From Prorocentrum cordatum (lineage: Eukaryota): DNA of 42,615 bases. How positions within the stretch are numbered: the first letter of the stretch is position 1; each line of letters opens with the position of its first letter. The DNA is taken from assembly GCA_963575745.1 (NCBI GenBank), contig CAUYUJ010000281.1, forward strand, positions 620,001-662,615, in the 5' to 3' direction. This document shows positions 12,500-24,200 of the stretch, piece after piece. A program made the position numbers and the translations under genes. Below the pieces are notes generated by a model. The model saw nothing but the letters and a program-made list of their open reading frames with translations, did no database searches and was not told the DNA's origin.

Positions 12500-13492
12500 T
12501 GCAATAACAGCTATCAAACGAGACACTGCTATCAACGCTGGCAGCGTGTCAAACAAAACTTTGCTATCAATTTTGGGATTCGTGTAAAAAGGAAACGCTG
12601 CTATCAACGCTGGAAGTGTGTCAAAACGAGACACTGCTATCAATAATGGAAGTCGTGTACAAACGAGACACTGCTATCAACGCTGGAAGTGTGTCAAAAC
12701 AAAACTTTGCTATCAATATTCGGATTCGTCTAAAAAGGAGACACTGCTATCAACGCTGGAAGTGTGTCAAAACGAAACTTTTCTATCACTAGTGAGAGTC
12801 GTGTAAAAAACGAGACCCTGCTATCAACGCTGGAACTGTGTGAAAACGAAACTTTGCTATGAATATTGGGAGTCGCGTAAAAAGGAGACACTACGATCAA
12901 CGCTGGGAGTGTGTCAAAACGAATCACTGCTATGAATGGGGAGAGTCGTGTAAGAAGGAGACGCTGCTATCAACGCTGGAAGTGTTTCCGAACGAAACTC
13001 TGCTATGAATTTTGGGAGTCGTGTAAAAAGGAGACACTGCTATCAACGCTGGAAGTGTGTCAAAACGAGACACTGCTATCGATAGTGGCAGTCGTGTGAA
13101 AAGGAGACACTGCTATCAACGCTCGCAGTGTGTCAAAACAAAACTTTGTTGTGGATTCTGGGAGTCGTGTGAAAAGGAGACACTGCTATCAACGCTGGCA
13201 GTGTGTCAAAACGAAACTTTGCAGTGAATTTTGGGAGTCGTGTAAAAAGGAGACACTGCTATCAACGCTGGAAGTGTGTCAAAACGAGACACTGCTATCA
13301 TTAGTGGCAGTCGTGTAAAAAGGAGACGCTGCTAGCAACGCTCGCAGTGTGTCAAAACGAAACTTTGCTGTGAATTCTGGGAGTCGTGTAAATAGGAGAC
13401 ACTGCTATCAACGCTGGAAGTGTGTCAAAACGAGACACTGCTATCAATAGTGGGAGTCGTGTAAAAACGAGACACTGCTATCAACGCTGGCA
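12500..13492. repeat. Minisatellite of alternating 36- and 37-bp monomers (73-bp dimer)
   Basis: gagacactgctatcaacgctggaagtgtgtcaaaac alternates with gaaactttgctatgaattttgggagtcgtgtaaaaag-like units. Confidence 0.9.
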
Positions 13493-13814
13493 ATGAATGA
13501 TGATGATGAGTGCGATGATGAGTGCGACGATGAGATGACGACTGTCCTTTTTTCACAGGACCGCGCTGAGGAGCGGCGTGCGAAGCGGAGAAGCGGCCGA
13601 AGGCCATCAGATATGCAAGTACAACAGTTCATGCAGGAATCTCTTGTGCATGTGCTGGTGCCTCTGCTGCGAGCAGGCAGTGGAACGAGCGAGGAGGGGG
13701 TATCAACCTTGACCGCCCGCCCCCGCCCCCTTCCCTTGACCGCGCTCCGCGGCCGGGCGCAAGCGCGGCCGGTCGGGGCAGCCGGCCGGGGCAGCCGGCC
13801 GGGGCAGCCGGCCG

Positions 13815-14780
13815 CCCTCCCCTCCTGCTCGTCCTCCTCCTCCTCCTCCTGCTCGTCCTCGTGCTCCTCCTGCTCGTCCTCTTTCTCCTGCTCCTCCTCC
13901 TCCTCCTCCTCCTCCTCTTTCTCCTGCTCCTCCTCCTCCTCCTCCTCCTCCTCCTCCTCCTCCTCTTCCTCCTGCTCGTCCTCGTTCTCGTCCTCCTCGT
14001 CTTGCTCGTCCTCCTCCTCCGGGTGCTCTCTCCTCCTCCTCCTCCTCCTCCTCCTCCTCCTCCTCCTCCTCCTCCTGGTGGTCCTCGTTCTCCTCCTCCT
14101 GGTGCTCTCCCCCCCCCTCCTCCTCCTCGTCCTCCTCCTCCTCCTCCTCCTCGTCCTCCTCCTCCTCTTCCTCCTCCTCCTCCTCCTCCTCCTCCTCCTC
14201 CTCCTCCTGGTAGTCCTCCCCCTCCTGGTAGTCCTCCCCTCCAATCCTACTCCTCCTCCTCCGCCTCTTCCTGGCGCCTCGATCTCCTCCTACTCGTCTT
14301 GCTCGTCTCCTCCTCCGGTGCTCTCTCTCCTCCTCCTCCTACTCTTTCCTCCTCCTCCTCCTCGTTCCTCCTCCTCCTCCTGTGGTCCTCTTTCTCCTCC
14401 TCCTGGTGCTTCCCCCCCCCCCCTCCTCTCCTCCTCCGCCTCGTCCCTCCTTCGTACTCCTCCTCCTCCTCCTCGCCTCCTCCTCCTCCACCTCCTCCTC
14501 TCTCCTCCTCCGCCTCTTCCTCCTCCTCTTCCTCCTCCTCTCGTCCTCCTCTCCTTCTCCTCCTCCTCCTCTGGTAGTCCTCCCCCTCCTCCTCCTCCTC
14601 CTCCTCCTCCTCCTCCTCCTCTTCCTGGTCGTCCTCCTCCTCCTGGTCGTCCTCCTCCTCCTGCTCGTCCTCCTCCTCCTCCTGCTCGTCCTTCTTCTCC
14701 TGCTCCTCCTGTTCCTCGTCCTGCTCCTGCTCGTCCTCGTCCTCCTGGTCTTGCTCGTCCTCCTCCTCGTCGTGCTCTTG
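13815..14780. repeat. (CCT)n polypyrimidine tract
   Basis: ~1 kb of cct/cgt/gct triplets. Confidence 0.95.
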
Positions 14781-15420
14781 CCCCTGCTGAAAATGTGGCC
14801 CAGGAGTGGGAGTTCTGGGAAGTCGAAAAGCACGAAGTTGCCTACAGTTGGCTACGGGCATTCAAAATGTGGCCCGGGAATGGGGTTCTGGGAACTCGAA
14901 GAGCACGAAGTGGCCTAGAGTTGGCTCCGGGCATTCAAAATGTGGCCCGGGAATGGAGTTCTGGGAACTCGAAGATCACGAAGTGGCCTACAGTTGGCTC
15001 CGGGCATTCAAAATGTGGCCCGGGAATGGAGTTCTGGGGACTCGAAGACCACGAAATGGCTTACAGTTGGCTCCGGGCATTCAAAATGTGGCCCGGGAAT
15101 GGAGTTCTGGGAAGTCGACGAGCACGAAGTGGCCTACGGTTGGCTCCGGGCATTCAGAATGTGGCCCGGGAATGGAGTTCTGGGAGGTCGAAGAGCACGA
15201 AGTGTGTGACTGTAGGCTTAAAGCGACTTCTGCGGCACCCTGTCCGGCACCCGCCCAGACCCCCCTGTGGAGTCATCTGCTGCTTTCTTTTGACACCACT
15301 AGAAACATATCAGAACAAGCTGTTAGGTAAAAAGAATGGAATTATCCCGGCAAAGCAAACCTAACAGCCATGTGTAGGAGCATCTCTGGGTCGAACAGCA
15401 TCTCGACGAAAAGGCAGCTC
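14781..15420. repeat. Composite repeat copy 2 (73-bp minisatellite plus tail)
   Basis: caaaatgtggcc at 14863 and 14936 (period 73); same tail as copy 1. Confidence 0.9.
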
Positions 15421-16295
15421 TCCCCCCCCTCCTCCTCCTCCTCCTCGTCCTCCTCCTCCTCCTCCTCCTCCTCCTCTTCCTCCTCCTCCTCCTCCTCCTC
15501 CTCCTCCTCCTCCTCCTCCTCCTCCTCCTCCTCCTCCTCCTCCTCCTCCTGGTAGTCCTCCCCCTCCCCTCCTCCTCCTCCTCCTCTTCCTGGTCGTCCT
15601 TCTCCTCCTGGTCGTCCTCCTCCTCCTGCTCGTCCTCCTCCTCCTCCTGCTCGTCCTTCTTCTCCTGCTCCTCCTGCTCCTCGTCCTGCTCCTGGTCGTC
15701 CTCGTCCTCCTGGTCTTGCTCGTCCTCCTCCTCGTCGTGCTCTTGCCCCTGCTGAAAATGTTGCCCAGGAATGGGAGTTCTGGGAAGTCGAAGAGCACGA
15801 AATTGCCTACAGTTGGCTACGGGCATTCAAAATGTGGCCCGGGAGTTGAGTTCTGGGAACTCGAAGAGCACGAAGTGGCCTACAGTTGGCTCCGGGCATT
15901 CAAAATGTGGCCCGGGAATGGAATTCTGGGAACTCGAAGAGCACGAAGTGGCCTACAGTTAGCTCCGGGCATTCAAAATGTGGCCCGGGAATGGGGTTCT
16001 GGGGACTCGAAGACCACGAAGTGGCCTACAGTTGGCTCCGAGCATTCAAAATGTGGCCCGGGAATGGAGTTCTGGGAAGTCGAAGAGCACGAAGTGGCCT
16101 ACGGTTGGCTCCGGGCATTCAGAATGTGGCCCGGGAATGGAGTTCTGGGAGGTCGAAGAGCACGAAGTGTGCGACTGTTGGCTTAAAACGATTTCTGCGG
16201 CACCCTGTCCGGCACCCGCCCAGACCCCCCTGTGGAGTCATCTGCTGCTCTCTTTTGACCCTACTAGAAACCTATCAGAACAAGCTGTTAGGTAA
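15421..16295. repeat. (CCT)n tract plus composite repeat copy 3, forming a tandem duplicate of ~14570-15330
   Basis: Same junction cgtgctcttgcccctgctgaaaatgt at ~14771 and ~15735; same 73-bp units and tail. Confidence 0.9.
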
Positions 16296-17211
16296 TAACA
16301 CTTCGGGGACCCCGGGGCTCAACGCGGAACTGCCTGACGCGCGGAAGGCCTCAACTGAACGTTTGTGGTCGAGACGCGCCCCGAATCGAATCCGATTCCG
16401 CTGTGTCCTGACCAAGGCACGGTGCAAAGAAGATGCCTATCCTCAGCCGCATCCGCATCTTAATCCGACCAGCTCTTTCGAGCGTCCGTTCACGCCCCGA
16501 TTGCAGGGATTGCGTTACTCATTGCGCGCAACTCCTCATATGCACATTCATTTGAATGGACTGTTCTCCCGTGCGCGTCTAGACGCAAGATAGCGCGAGT
16601 ATAAACGGGTTTGAGTATTGACCGGTTGGGAGTGAGGTCTCACGGTGAGCGAGTTCAAGCGCGATGGGGTCTCGATGATACGAGTGGGTCTATGCGCATG
16701 AGACTCGCATGGTGCCCATGTGAGATTCCGTGCAAGACCCTTCCCCTCGGCTAGCTGGCGCACAAGACCTTACGCAATGGATCACGCAAGCACCTCGCGC
16801 GACACGCCAAGTGGAAGAGAGAGGGTCTGCTCACGTGTTTACGCTGGTAGCTCTGGCGACCACCCAGGCAAGAGCATATGGCGCGAAGGGGTGGCTAGCT
16901 CCGCAAGCGGCAAAGAAAACAAAAGTCCAGACAAACGGCGCCGTCGGCAGATGCCGACTGGGCCAGGCCGTCTGCACTCGGCGGCGGGCCGAGGGTCCAT
17001 GCGATGATATACGCTTGGCATCGAGCAGAGCGCGGCTGGTTGCGCGGGGAAATTCGAGAGTCGGTCGTCAGCACTTGGCGTCGGGCCAGCAGCTTGGCCA
17101 TGCACGCAATGGCCATGACAGACTGATCGGGTTGCTGGGCCGAGTCCTGCAAGACTGCTCGCGAACTTCCTCTGGCAGCGTCATCCCGTAATTCTCGGCA
17201 AGCAGAACAGC

Positions 17212-17560
17212 TCACTCCACCGTTGAACCCTCCTTCTTCTCGAAGCGTTTGAGAGCCTCCTTCGCCGACTGCGGTGGACCTCTTTCCAGCAGCCAGCGAG
17301 TGGGCGGCCTCCCCTGCAGCATGTCCACCATCTGGGTTGCGCTGGAGAACATCACGCAAATCTTCAGCCACCATGCGTCGTCGTCGGCGCCGCGCCGACC
17401 CTCGGGTTTCTGGCGCGAGCAGTCGACGGCCACTGCGCCGCCCATGGTCTGCCCATGCAAAGCCGTCGCCGCCAGGTAGTTGGCGCGCGAACGCATGGGG
17501 CCGAAGCGTTTCACGCTGTGCGCCACGGGCGACGCCTCCCTGGTGAAGGTGGCCTCCACC
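17212..17560 (-). pseudogene. Degenerate C-terminal fragment of a Pif1-like SF1B helicase (Helitron-type remnant)
   Basis: TALHGQTMGGAVAVD resembles motif V (TxHxxQGxT...D) and WWLKICVMFSSAT resembles motif VI (YVMLSR), followed by LLERGPP. Key residues have decayed and no upstream motifs were found. Confidence 0.45.
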
Positions 17561-18644
17561 AGAAGATACAGAACAGGCCACGAGCAGGTTTATGTTTTAC
17601 ATCCTGCGTTTCGTTGTCCACGTAGTTTATGTACTTTTTTTCCACGTGGGACGCTGAATGAAGCTGTCGACCTGCAGCCGAATACCCGTCGGGGAACTGC
17701 GCGGCCTGAAAATCTCGCCCGGGCGCGTGTTGTCGTAGTTAATCTAGTGGTCCGTGTTGAACACGAAGTCAACGATGGTGGACCGCTGCTCCGAGACGAG
17801 GCCCTATGCTACATTATGTTACATTGAACTTGCCAGCGAAGCGAGCTCGCATTCCCACGCGAGCAGGGAGCACGCCGTGGATCCTGCCTGCGCGGTAAAT
17901 GTTGGCCACCGTCAGTATCCTGGGGTACGTCCCCCCCCCTTGGCTGGGAGTGCTGGAGCCAGCGCGCAGATAAATGTGGCCCCCGGACCAGGCAAATCGC
18001 CTAAGGCATCCTCGCGATCTGGGCCCGCTGGGGGCGTTGCTCTAAACGCAAACAATATGGCCACCAACACGCGCAACCCGCCCGACACAGCCTTGCAATC
18101 TGACTCCCTGGCAGTACCGAAGCCAGTGCCTCATCCGAGACATCCTCAGACTCTGCTCTGAACGCAAAAAAGTCTGGCCACCAAGACAAGTACAGCGCCC
18201 GAAACATCCGTGCAATCTGCTCCGGAAGCGGAGGATGTTTCGCTGGTATGCAGACACACCGCTCGAATCATCCCCCGCAATCTGGGCGAGAACGGAAGAG
18301 TGCCATACCCCCTGGCGGCCTCCCTTTGGGGTAATGAAACCAGCGCCTCGCCCGAGAAGTCCTCAAAATCTGTTTCGGATGCAGACGAGTCTGGCCACCA
18401 ACATAAGCAAATCGCTCGAGATGTCCTTGCAATCTGGGCCCCCTGGGGTGCGAAAGCCAGCGCCTCGCCCGAAACATTCTCAAGATGTGTTCCGAAAGCG
18501 GTGGAGGTTGGGTCGGTGAGCAGGCAAACCACTCGAGTCATCCCTGCAATCTGGGCGCACACGGTAGAATGCACTACTCCTTTACGCCCCACCCCCCTGG
18601 GGGGCTGAGACCTGCGCCTCCCCCGAGACATCCTCAAAACCTGT

Positions 18645-18705
<61 letters not shown>

Positions 18706-18910
18706 GCAGCATCCTCATCATCAGCAGCATCATCAGTATCATCAGCATCATCATCAGCATCATCATCATCATCGCCACCACTTTCATCGTCATTATCATC
18801 ATCATCATCATAATCAGCATCGGCACCATCATCATCACAATCAGCATCAGCATCAGCATCATCATCAACATTGGCATCGCCATCATCACCATCATCACCG
18901 TCATCATCAT
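18645..18910. repeat. (CAT)n microsatellite
   Basis: Direct inspection. Confidence 0.95.
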
Positions 18911-19139
18911 ACCATAACCTGCTTAGTGACCCTGGGTGCGAAGCACAGTATGAGTATCTCTGCTGATGACCTGGCGCCGTCAGAGTAATGTCAAGAACCC
19001 AATCCTTAGGACAGGGAGAATAAAGGCCCTCTCCTCCAGGCGACTCCTTGGGGCAAAAACTTGGACCATGCTCGTGGGCTCCGCGACCACTGTGTAGTAA
19101 TATCGTTTGACCGGGACGGTACCCTCATATCGGCTGCTC

Positions 19140-20591
19140 CGCGCAAGGCCGCCATCCCTGTCGAAAAAAACATGCAACCACTTCGCGGCTAAATCTTGAT
19201 TATGCGCGGCCACCCCCCGATCACTAAACATTAAAAGTTGACAAGGACCGCGGGGGTGCTGGCACATTGCCTCCTGTGCGCAAGCCCACCAGACACCATG
19301 ATGGCCTCCCCGCCGCAATCGTGTATTGATTTTCGACAAGGATGGTGGCGGCCGACATGTTTCCCGATGTGCGTTGTCACGTGCGCGGGCGCATCTGGGA
19401 CACTTTGCGCAAGCCCCAGACGTGGCGCACCTAGCGCGGCTGGACCACACGGCACACCTGGCGCACGTGGAGCACGTGGCGCTCTGGCGCACGAGGCCTG
19501 ACACGCTTGGGCCCCAGGGGTGCCTGGCGCCTTTGGAGCGCCTGGCATGTGTGGCGCACCTCACCCCCATCGCGCACATGGGGTCTGCCCTGGTTCCCAG
19601 TAGCTGCCTATCAAAAGACGACCGCTGAACATGCTGACCCCCGGAGTTATTTATGTGTTGGGAAGGAGGATGGGAGTGAGCGAGACAGTATACGGGCGGG
19701 GAGGGTGTCTCGATCATTGTTCCTTATTCGTATACACCCCTTCCCCCACCCGGCCGGTGGCCAACCCGGAACTATGCCGACTCCATGCGGGCCCGCCCCC
19801 CGCCATCCCTGTCAGAAAACAAGACAAATCACTCTGCCTGCACATTTGGAATTTGCGCGGCCAACCCGATGCGCCCCCACCCCACCATCCAGGTCAAAAA
19901 TAATGCAAAGTACACTTTGTGGCAAAGTGTTGGGTCATGTTCGTGAGCCCCGCGAGCACTTTGTATTTTTGTTGTCAGGGATGGCGGGGGTGTCAGCATA
20001 TTCCCTGCTGTGCGCAAGGCCACCATCCCCGACAAAAAAACAACACAACATGCACCTGGCGGCTAAATCTGGACCATGCGCGGCCATCCCGCGATCACTG
20101 TCTCAAGTAGTTTTTGACAGGGACGGCGGGGGTCGTGTCGCGTGGCCTGCTGTGCGCAGGCCCACCAGTCACAATGACGGGCATGGGTTTTCGACAAGGA
20201 TGGCGGGGGCCGACATGTTTCCCGATGTGTGCTGCCACGTGCGCAGGCGCACCTGACGCATTCTGCACGTGCCCCGAGAAGGGGCGCACCTGGCGCGGCT
20301 GGAGTGTGCGGCGCACCTGGCGCACTCGGAGCACGTGGCCCATCTGGCGCACGTGTGCCTGGCACGGTCGGGCCCCTGGGGTGCCTGGCGTGCGTGGCGC
20401 CCGTGGCACGCGTGGCGCACCTCGCCCAAACGTCGCGCACCTGGGGTCGGCGTTGGTTCCCAGTGGGTTCCCATCCAAAGACGATTGCTGAACATGCTCA
20501 GGCTCGGGTGCTACTTACTTGTGTGTTGGGAGGGCGGGTGGGCGTGAGCTAAACGGCTTGCGGGCCGGTGGGTAGCTTGACCCCTCCCCTC
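19140..20591. repeat. Diverged ~870-bp tandem duplication with internal ggcgcacct/ggcgcacgt repeats; second unit ends at the LTR
   Basis: gcgcaaggcc.ccatccc at 19141 and ~20012; ccgacatgtttcccgatgtg at ~19352 and ~20210; gctgaacatgct at ~19624 and ~20487. Confidence 0.8.
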
Positions 20592-20852
20592 AGTCGAAAG
20601 TGAGCCTGGTAACTCAAATAGCATCCGATTCCATGATAGACATCGGATGGCAAATAGCGTCCATCGCTCTGCTGTGATAGTTCAGTATGAGGAATTGGCG
20701 GATAAGATAGGATAAGATCGATGTATCGGTATTTCCAGCACATAGCGAACACTCGCGGTGTCCGGGCAAATAGGGCGCGCGTGCCTTGAGCCAAAGGCAA
20801 CGGCGCGCGAGCTATGCTCCCGATACTATAACATCTCCCAAAGAGCTACCCT
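20592..20852 (-). repeat. 3' LTR (261 bp)
   Basis: agtcgaaagtgagcc...aagagctaccct; 7 substitutions and no indels versus 36316-36576 by manual alignment (~97% identity). Confidence 0.95.
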
Positions 20853-21225
20853 TAAAGTCGGGAGGGGAGGAGACGGAGAGCATAGTCGCACGCAAAGGTT
20901 GCGCGCACGACTGTTTGCAAAAAAGGAAAACAGTGCGTACAGTCTGGCCTAACACCAGACTGTAAGGCGAGTTCCCTCGCAAAACATTTCACGCAAATGC
21001 AAGATAGCCCCTTCGAACGATGAAGGGCTATCGGCTCAGTTAGAGGTAGGCCAAACAGGCCATACCTCACCAAGCAAATCTGTATTAAGGCAAAGAGCCT
21101 GAGTTGTACAAAGCCGGCTCGTTGCCAGGCGTGAAATATATGGCTCGTTTCCGAGCAACTAGAAGGGCGCCTTTGTAGTGGGCGCCCGTGCTGGCAAATG
21201 GGACCGCGAGGACAACAAGGACCGA
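20853..21225 (-). other. 3' untranslated region of the element, hairpin-rich
   Basis: Lies between the pol stop and the 3' LTR. Inverted repeats: cagtctgg/ccagactg (20940-20962), gatagcccttc/gaagggctatc (~21003-21032), gggcgcc/ggcgccc (~21165-21187), plus GNRA hairpins. Confidence 0.7.
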
Positions 21226-24200
21226 CTAAAATTGATTAGACTTGGGTTTGTCTCTGTCCTCGGGGCCCCGAAAGGGAACAAACTGCTTAACGTCATACTT
21301 GAATGACTGGGTGCCTGACATCACTTCCAGAAGCAGCTCCCGATCGATGCTTCCCTTTGTATGTCCGTCTGCGGTCATATCCCTAGTATCACACCACTGC
21401 ACGTTATGTACTATACCTATATCCATAAGCTCACGTATCCAACTGATGTGTCCAAGCAGAGTCCGTTCTGTCGGGATCTTAAGATCCTTGCTTGATAATG
21501 ATTTATAAACGGACTCAGCGTCTATGGTGAGAGATACTTTGATGGCTAGACCTCCAACTTCACGCATATCTCGTAGTTGTCGTGGAGCCAGAGCTCCTGC
21601 CTTGAGCTCGTGGAGAGTGATGAGCGTAGGATAACACTCATCGAGGTTATGCGCCGCTGCGAGTGCCTCCGCAGCATAGCTGGACCTCACCTGCAGTCGG
21701 TGTGATTTGCATAGTCCGCCACAGAGGTGAACAACGGACTTGCCTTGAGGCGAGTTTCCTCGCCGTAGTGCATTTGCCCCGCGTATGCCGTAGCCCTTGG
21801 TCTCATCATCCTCCTCCCCGGTAAGCTTCCGATACCCCGAATCGCTGTGGATGTCAACTTCATTCGTCGGCTTCATCCGAGGGAAGGTGATGCGTTTCGG
21901 GCTGCTGATCAGCTTTCGCGTCACAGCATTCAGGCGTCTGACTTGCAGATTGGTGGGCTCTTGGATTTTCTGGAGAGAGACCACGTATACCATGAGCCAG
22001 ATTTGAGTAAGAAGGGCATAGGCGAGGGCTCCTCGCAAGCTGACGAACATGTCGGTAATGAGTTTCGTGGCTTTGGCATCGGCCGCCGCTCCTGTAAGTT
22101 CTGGGTGTGTGATAGGACGTAGTTGTTTGATATACTCGTCCTGATCCATAATCACATCCCCTTGGTCATTCTTAGTGTAGCGAACGGCGCAGTTCGTATA
22201 TGTGTGTTTGTTTAGCTTGCATTTGCCAAACACCTTTTCAACGCGCTGGACGTAGTCGTCTATATTTTTCTCTAGGCCAGTCATGTTAATATCATCGACA
22301 TGTTTTGCCGTTAGCAGATCTTGGCTGAATTCAAATTCAGGGTCATAACTGGTCGGTGTAAGACCCATAGCTCGTGTGGTCGTACGAAGTTTGAGAGAGA
22401 ACGCTCTTGGAGCATCCTTTGTACCCGTTCCTGGTTTGAGGCATATGAGGCAGTGTCGGCTTTCGTCATAAGATGAGAAGCCAGGTAGCGCACGAAGTAC
22501 CTGGGCACTTCCCGGTGGAAGAGTGAAGCAGACCATGCGAGTTTCCTCGCCCGTGGCATGGGCAAGTTCCTCACAGGTCAAGCCCTTGAGGAACGCCTTG
22601 TCGATATCCATGGATGCTAAGATCCACTCTGGATGACATGCCGCCTCACTTGCCAGGAGTCTTTGGGACTGCCTTCGGGCGGCTCCCGAGAATGTTTCCA
22701 CATCGAAAGCCTCAGTCACCATAAGTCCGCGAAGGACAAGTCTGAGACGAATGGTTTTAACGTTCTCGGTACCCATCTTTACAAACTTCCACTTGTATAC
22801 ATACCTGGATGTCATGATGTTGGAAGCTTTGGATAGACCATACATCTCACAGCATCGGTTGTCAATCCAGGTTTTGAGCTCAGTATACAAAGCTTCACTA
22901 ACCTCCTTTGGGTGTGCTGCTATGTCGGCTTTGGTCAGTAGATCATCTTCTTTAACGACCACAGCACGTTTAGCAGCAGAGGATACATATACTCTCATCG
23001 TTGCGACCATATCGGTGTCGAGCTGTGCAAGTTGAGTCTGATCCAACACTATTTTTGACATTTCTGATGTAAAACATAACTCAACGTAAGGACCATATTC
23101 ATCACTGTCAAGAGAGTAGCTCTCGTCAGGTGTGGTTGAGCATAGAGAGACTATACAGGACTCTCGTGGTTCAGGCTCGTCTCCGAGCGTGACCGGTGAT
23201 ATGGTATCTTCTTCGTCCACAGATGCTGAAACCAAAACACATTGGTCAGGCAGCATGGTTGTTGGGACGCAGTAAAGATAATCGTCGGTAGTCGTCGTAG
23301 GATGAAGGTCCATACGTAGTTCGTCGTACCATTCTTCCAGCATCGTAGCTTCGATATTATTTTCCTCATTTTCCTCATAGATTGTCGACAGACGGCCTTC
23401 GCTCGGCGATGAAGCACCCGGGGTGTCTGGAGGAGGCCTGTTGCCAGGCGAATCGTGTTCTCCAGACGTGTTGCTTGAGTGCTGATATTTAGCCAGGTCG
23501 TCATGAAATCCGAAGGAAGGGACACGTGAAGTCAAGCATTGGATGAGTCTGGAATGAGTGCTACCAGTGATCTGAGAAATGTTTAGGCCGGTGCCCACAC
23601 ACTCGTAGTAGTGGAAAGCCGGGCTGATATCGTTGTCATAGTGGATCAGCGTAGACCCGGTGGCGTACTTTACTGCAGGTAGGATTGACACACTTTTGGC
23701 CAATCTAACTGCCACTACATGTTCTACTCGGAAGTAGTTGCGTACGAGATACTGTAGTGCTAGATGTACGCGCGGGTGAAACTTGCTGTTGTCTGAAAGA
23801 TTAAGGTTTCCCTTGTAATCGGGGGTATAGCCGAAATCTTTGGCGGGTTTCCCTGCGCCGAGGTGTGCCACATATGTAAGGACGGTTTGCATGGCCATAG
23901 TATCCATGCCAAGTTCCCGTGTGAGGAGGCATTCAATGTATAGTGTGTGACGAGCATCAGGATACATCACAATTACCTCACGAGATCCTGCCTTGACAAC
24001 AATATGTCCTCTTTCAGGCACATTACGGATCACCGGGAAGGGGCCATTCCAGCCTCCATGGTCGTCCTTGGTGGCAGTGGGTCGGTGGTAATCGACCAAA
24101 TCCCCCGCAGAATAAAGGCGAGCACCATCAGGAGTCGTTTTAGCCCTAAGAGCCCGATTTGTCTTGGCCACAGCAGTGGCCTGAGTTATAGCCTCTAGGC

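Noticed and set aside
12500..13492. 36-bp repeat with ~37-bp intervening sequences resembling a CRISPR array
   Set aside because: The intervening units resemble each other and the repeat, there are no cas genes and the context is eukaryotic. It is a dimeric minisatellite.
13444..15826. Long ORFs (623 aa and others) rich in S/L/P/E/R
   Set aside because: Stop-free translations of (CCT)n tracts and the 73-bp minisatellite.
18146..18988. Poly-His and poly-Met ORFs
   Set aside because: Artefact of the (CAT)n microsatellite.
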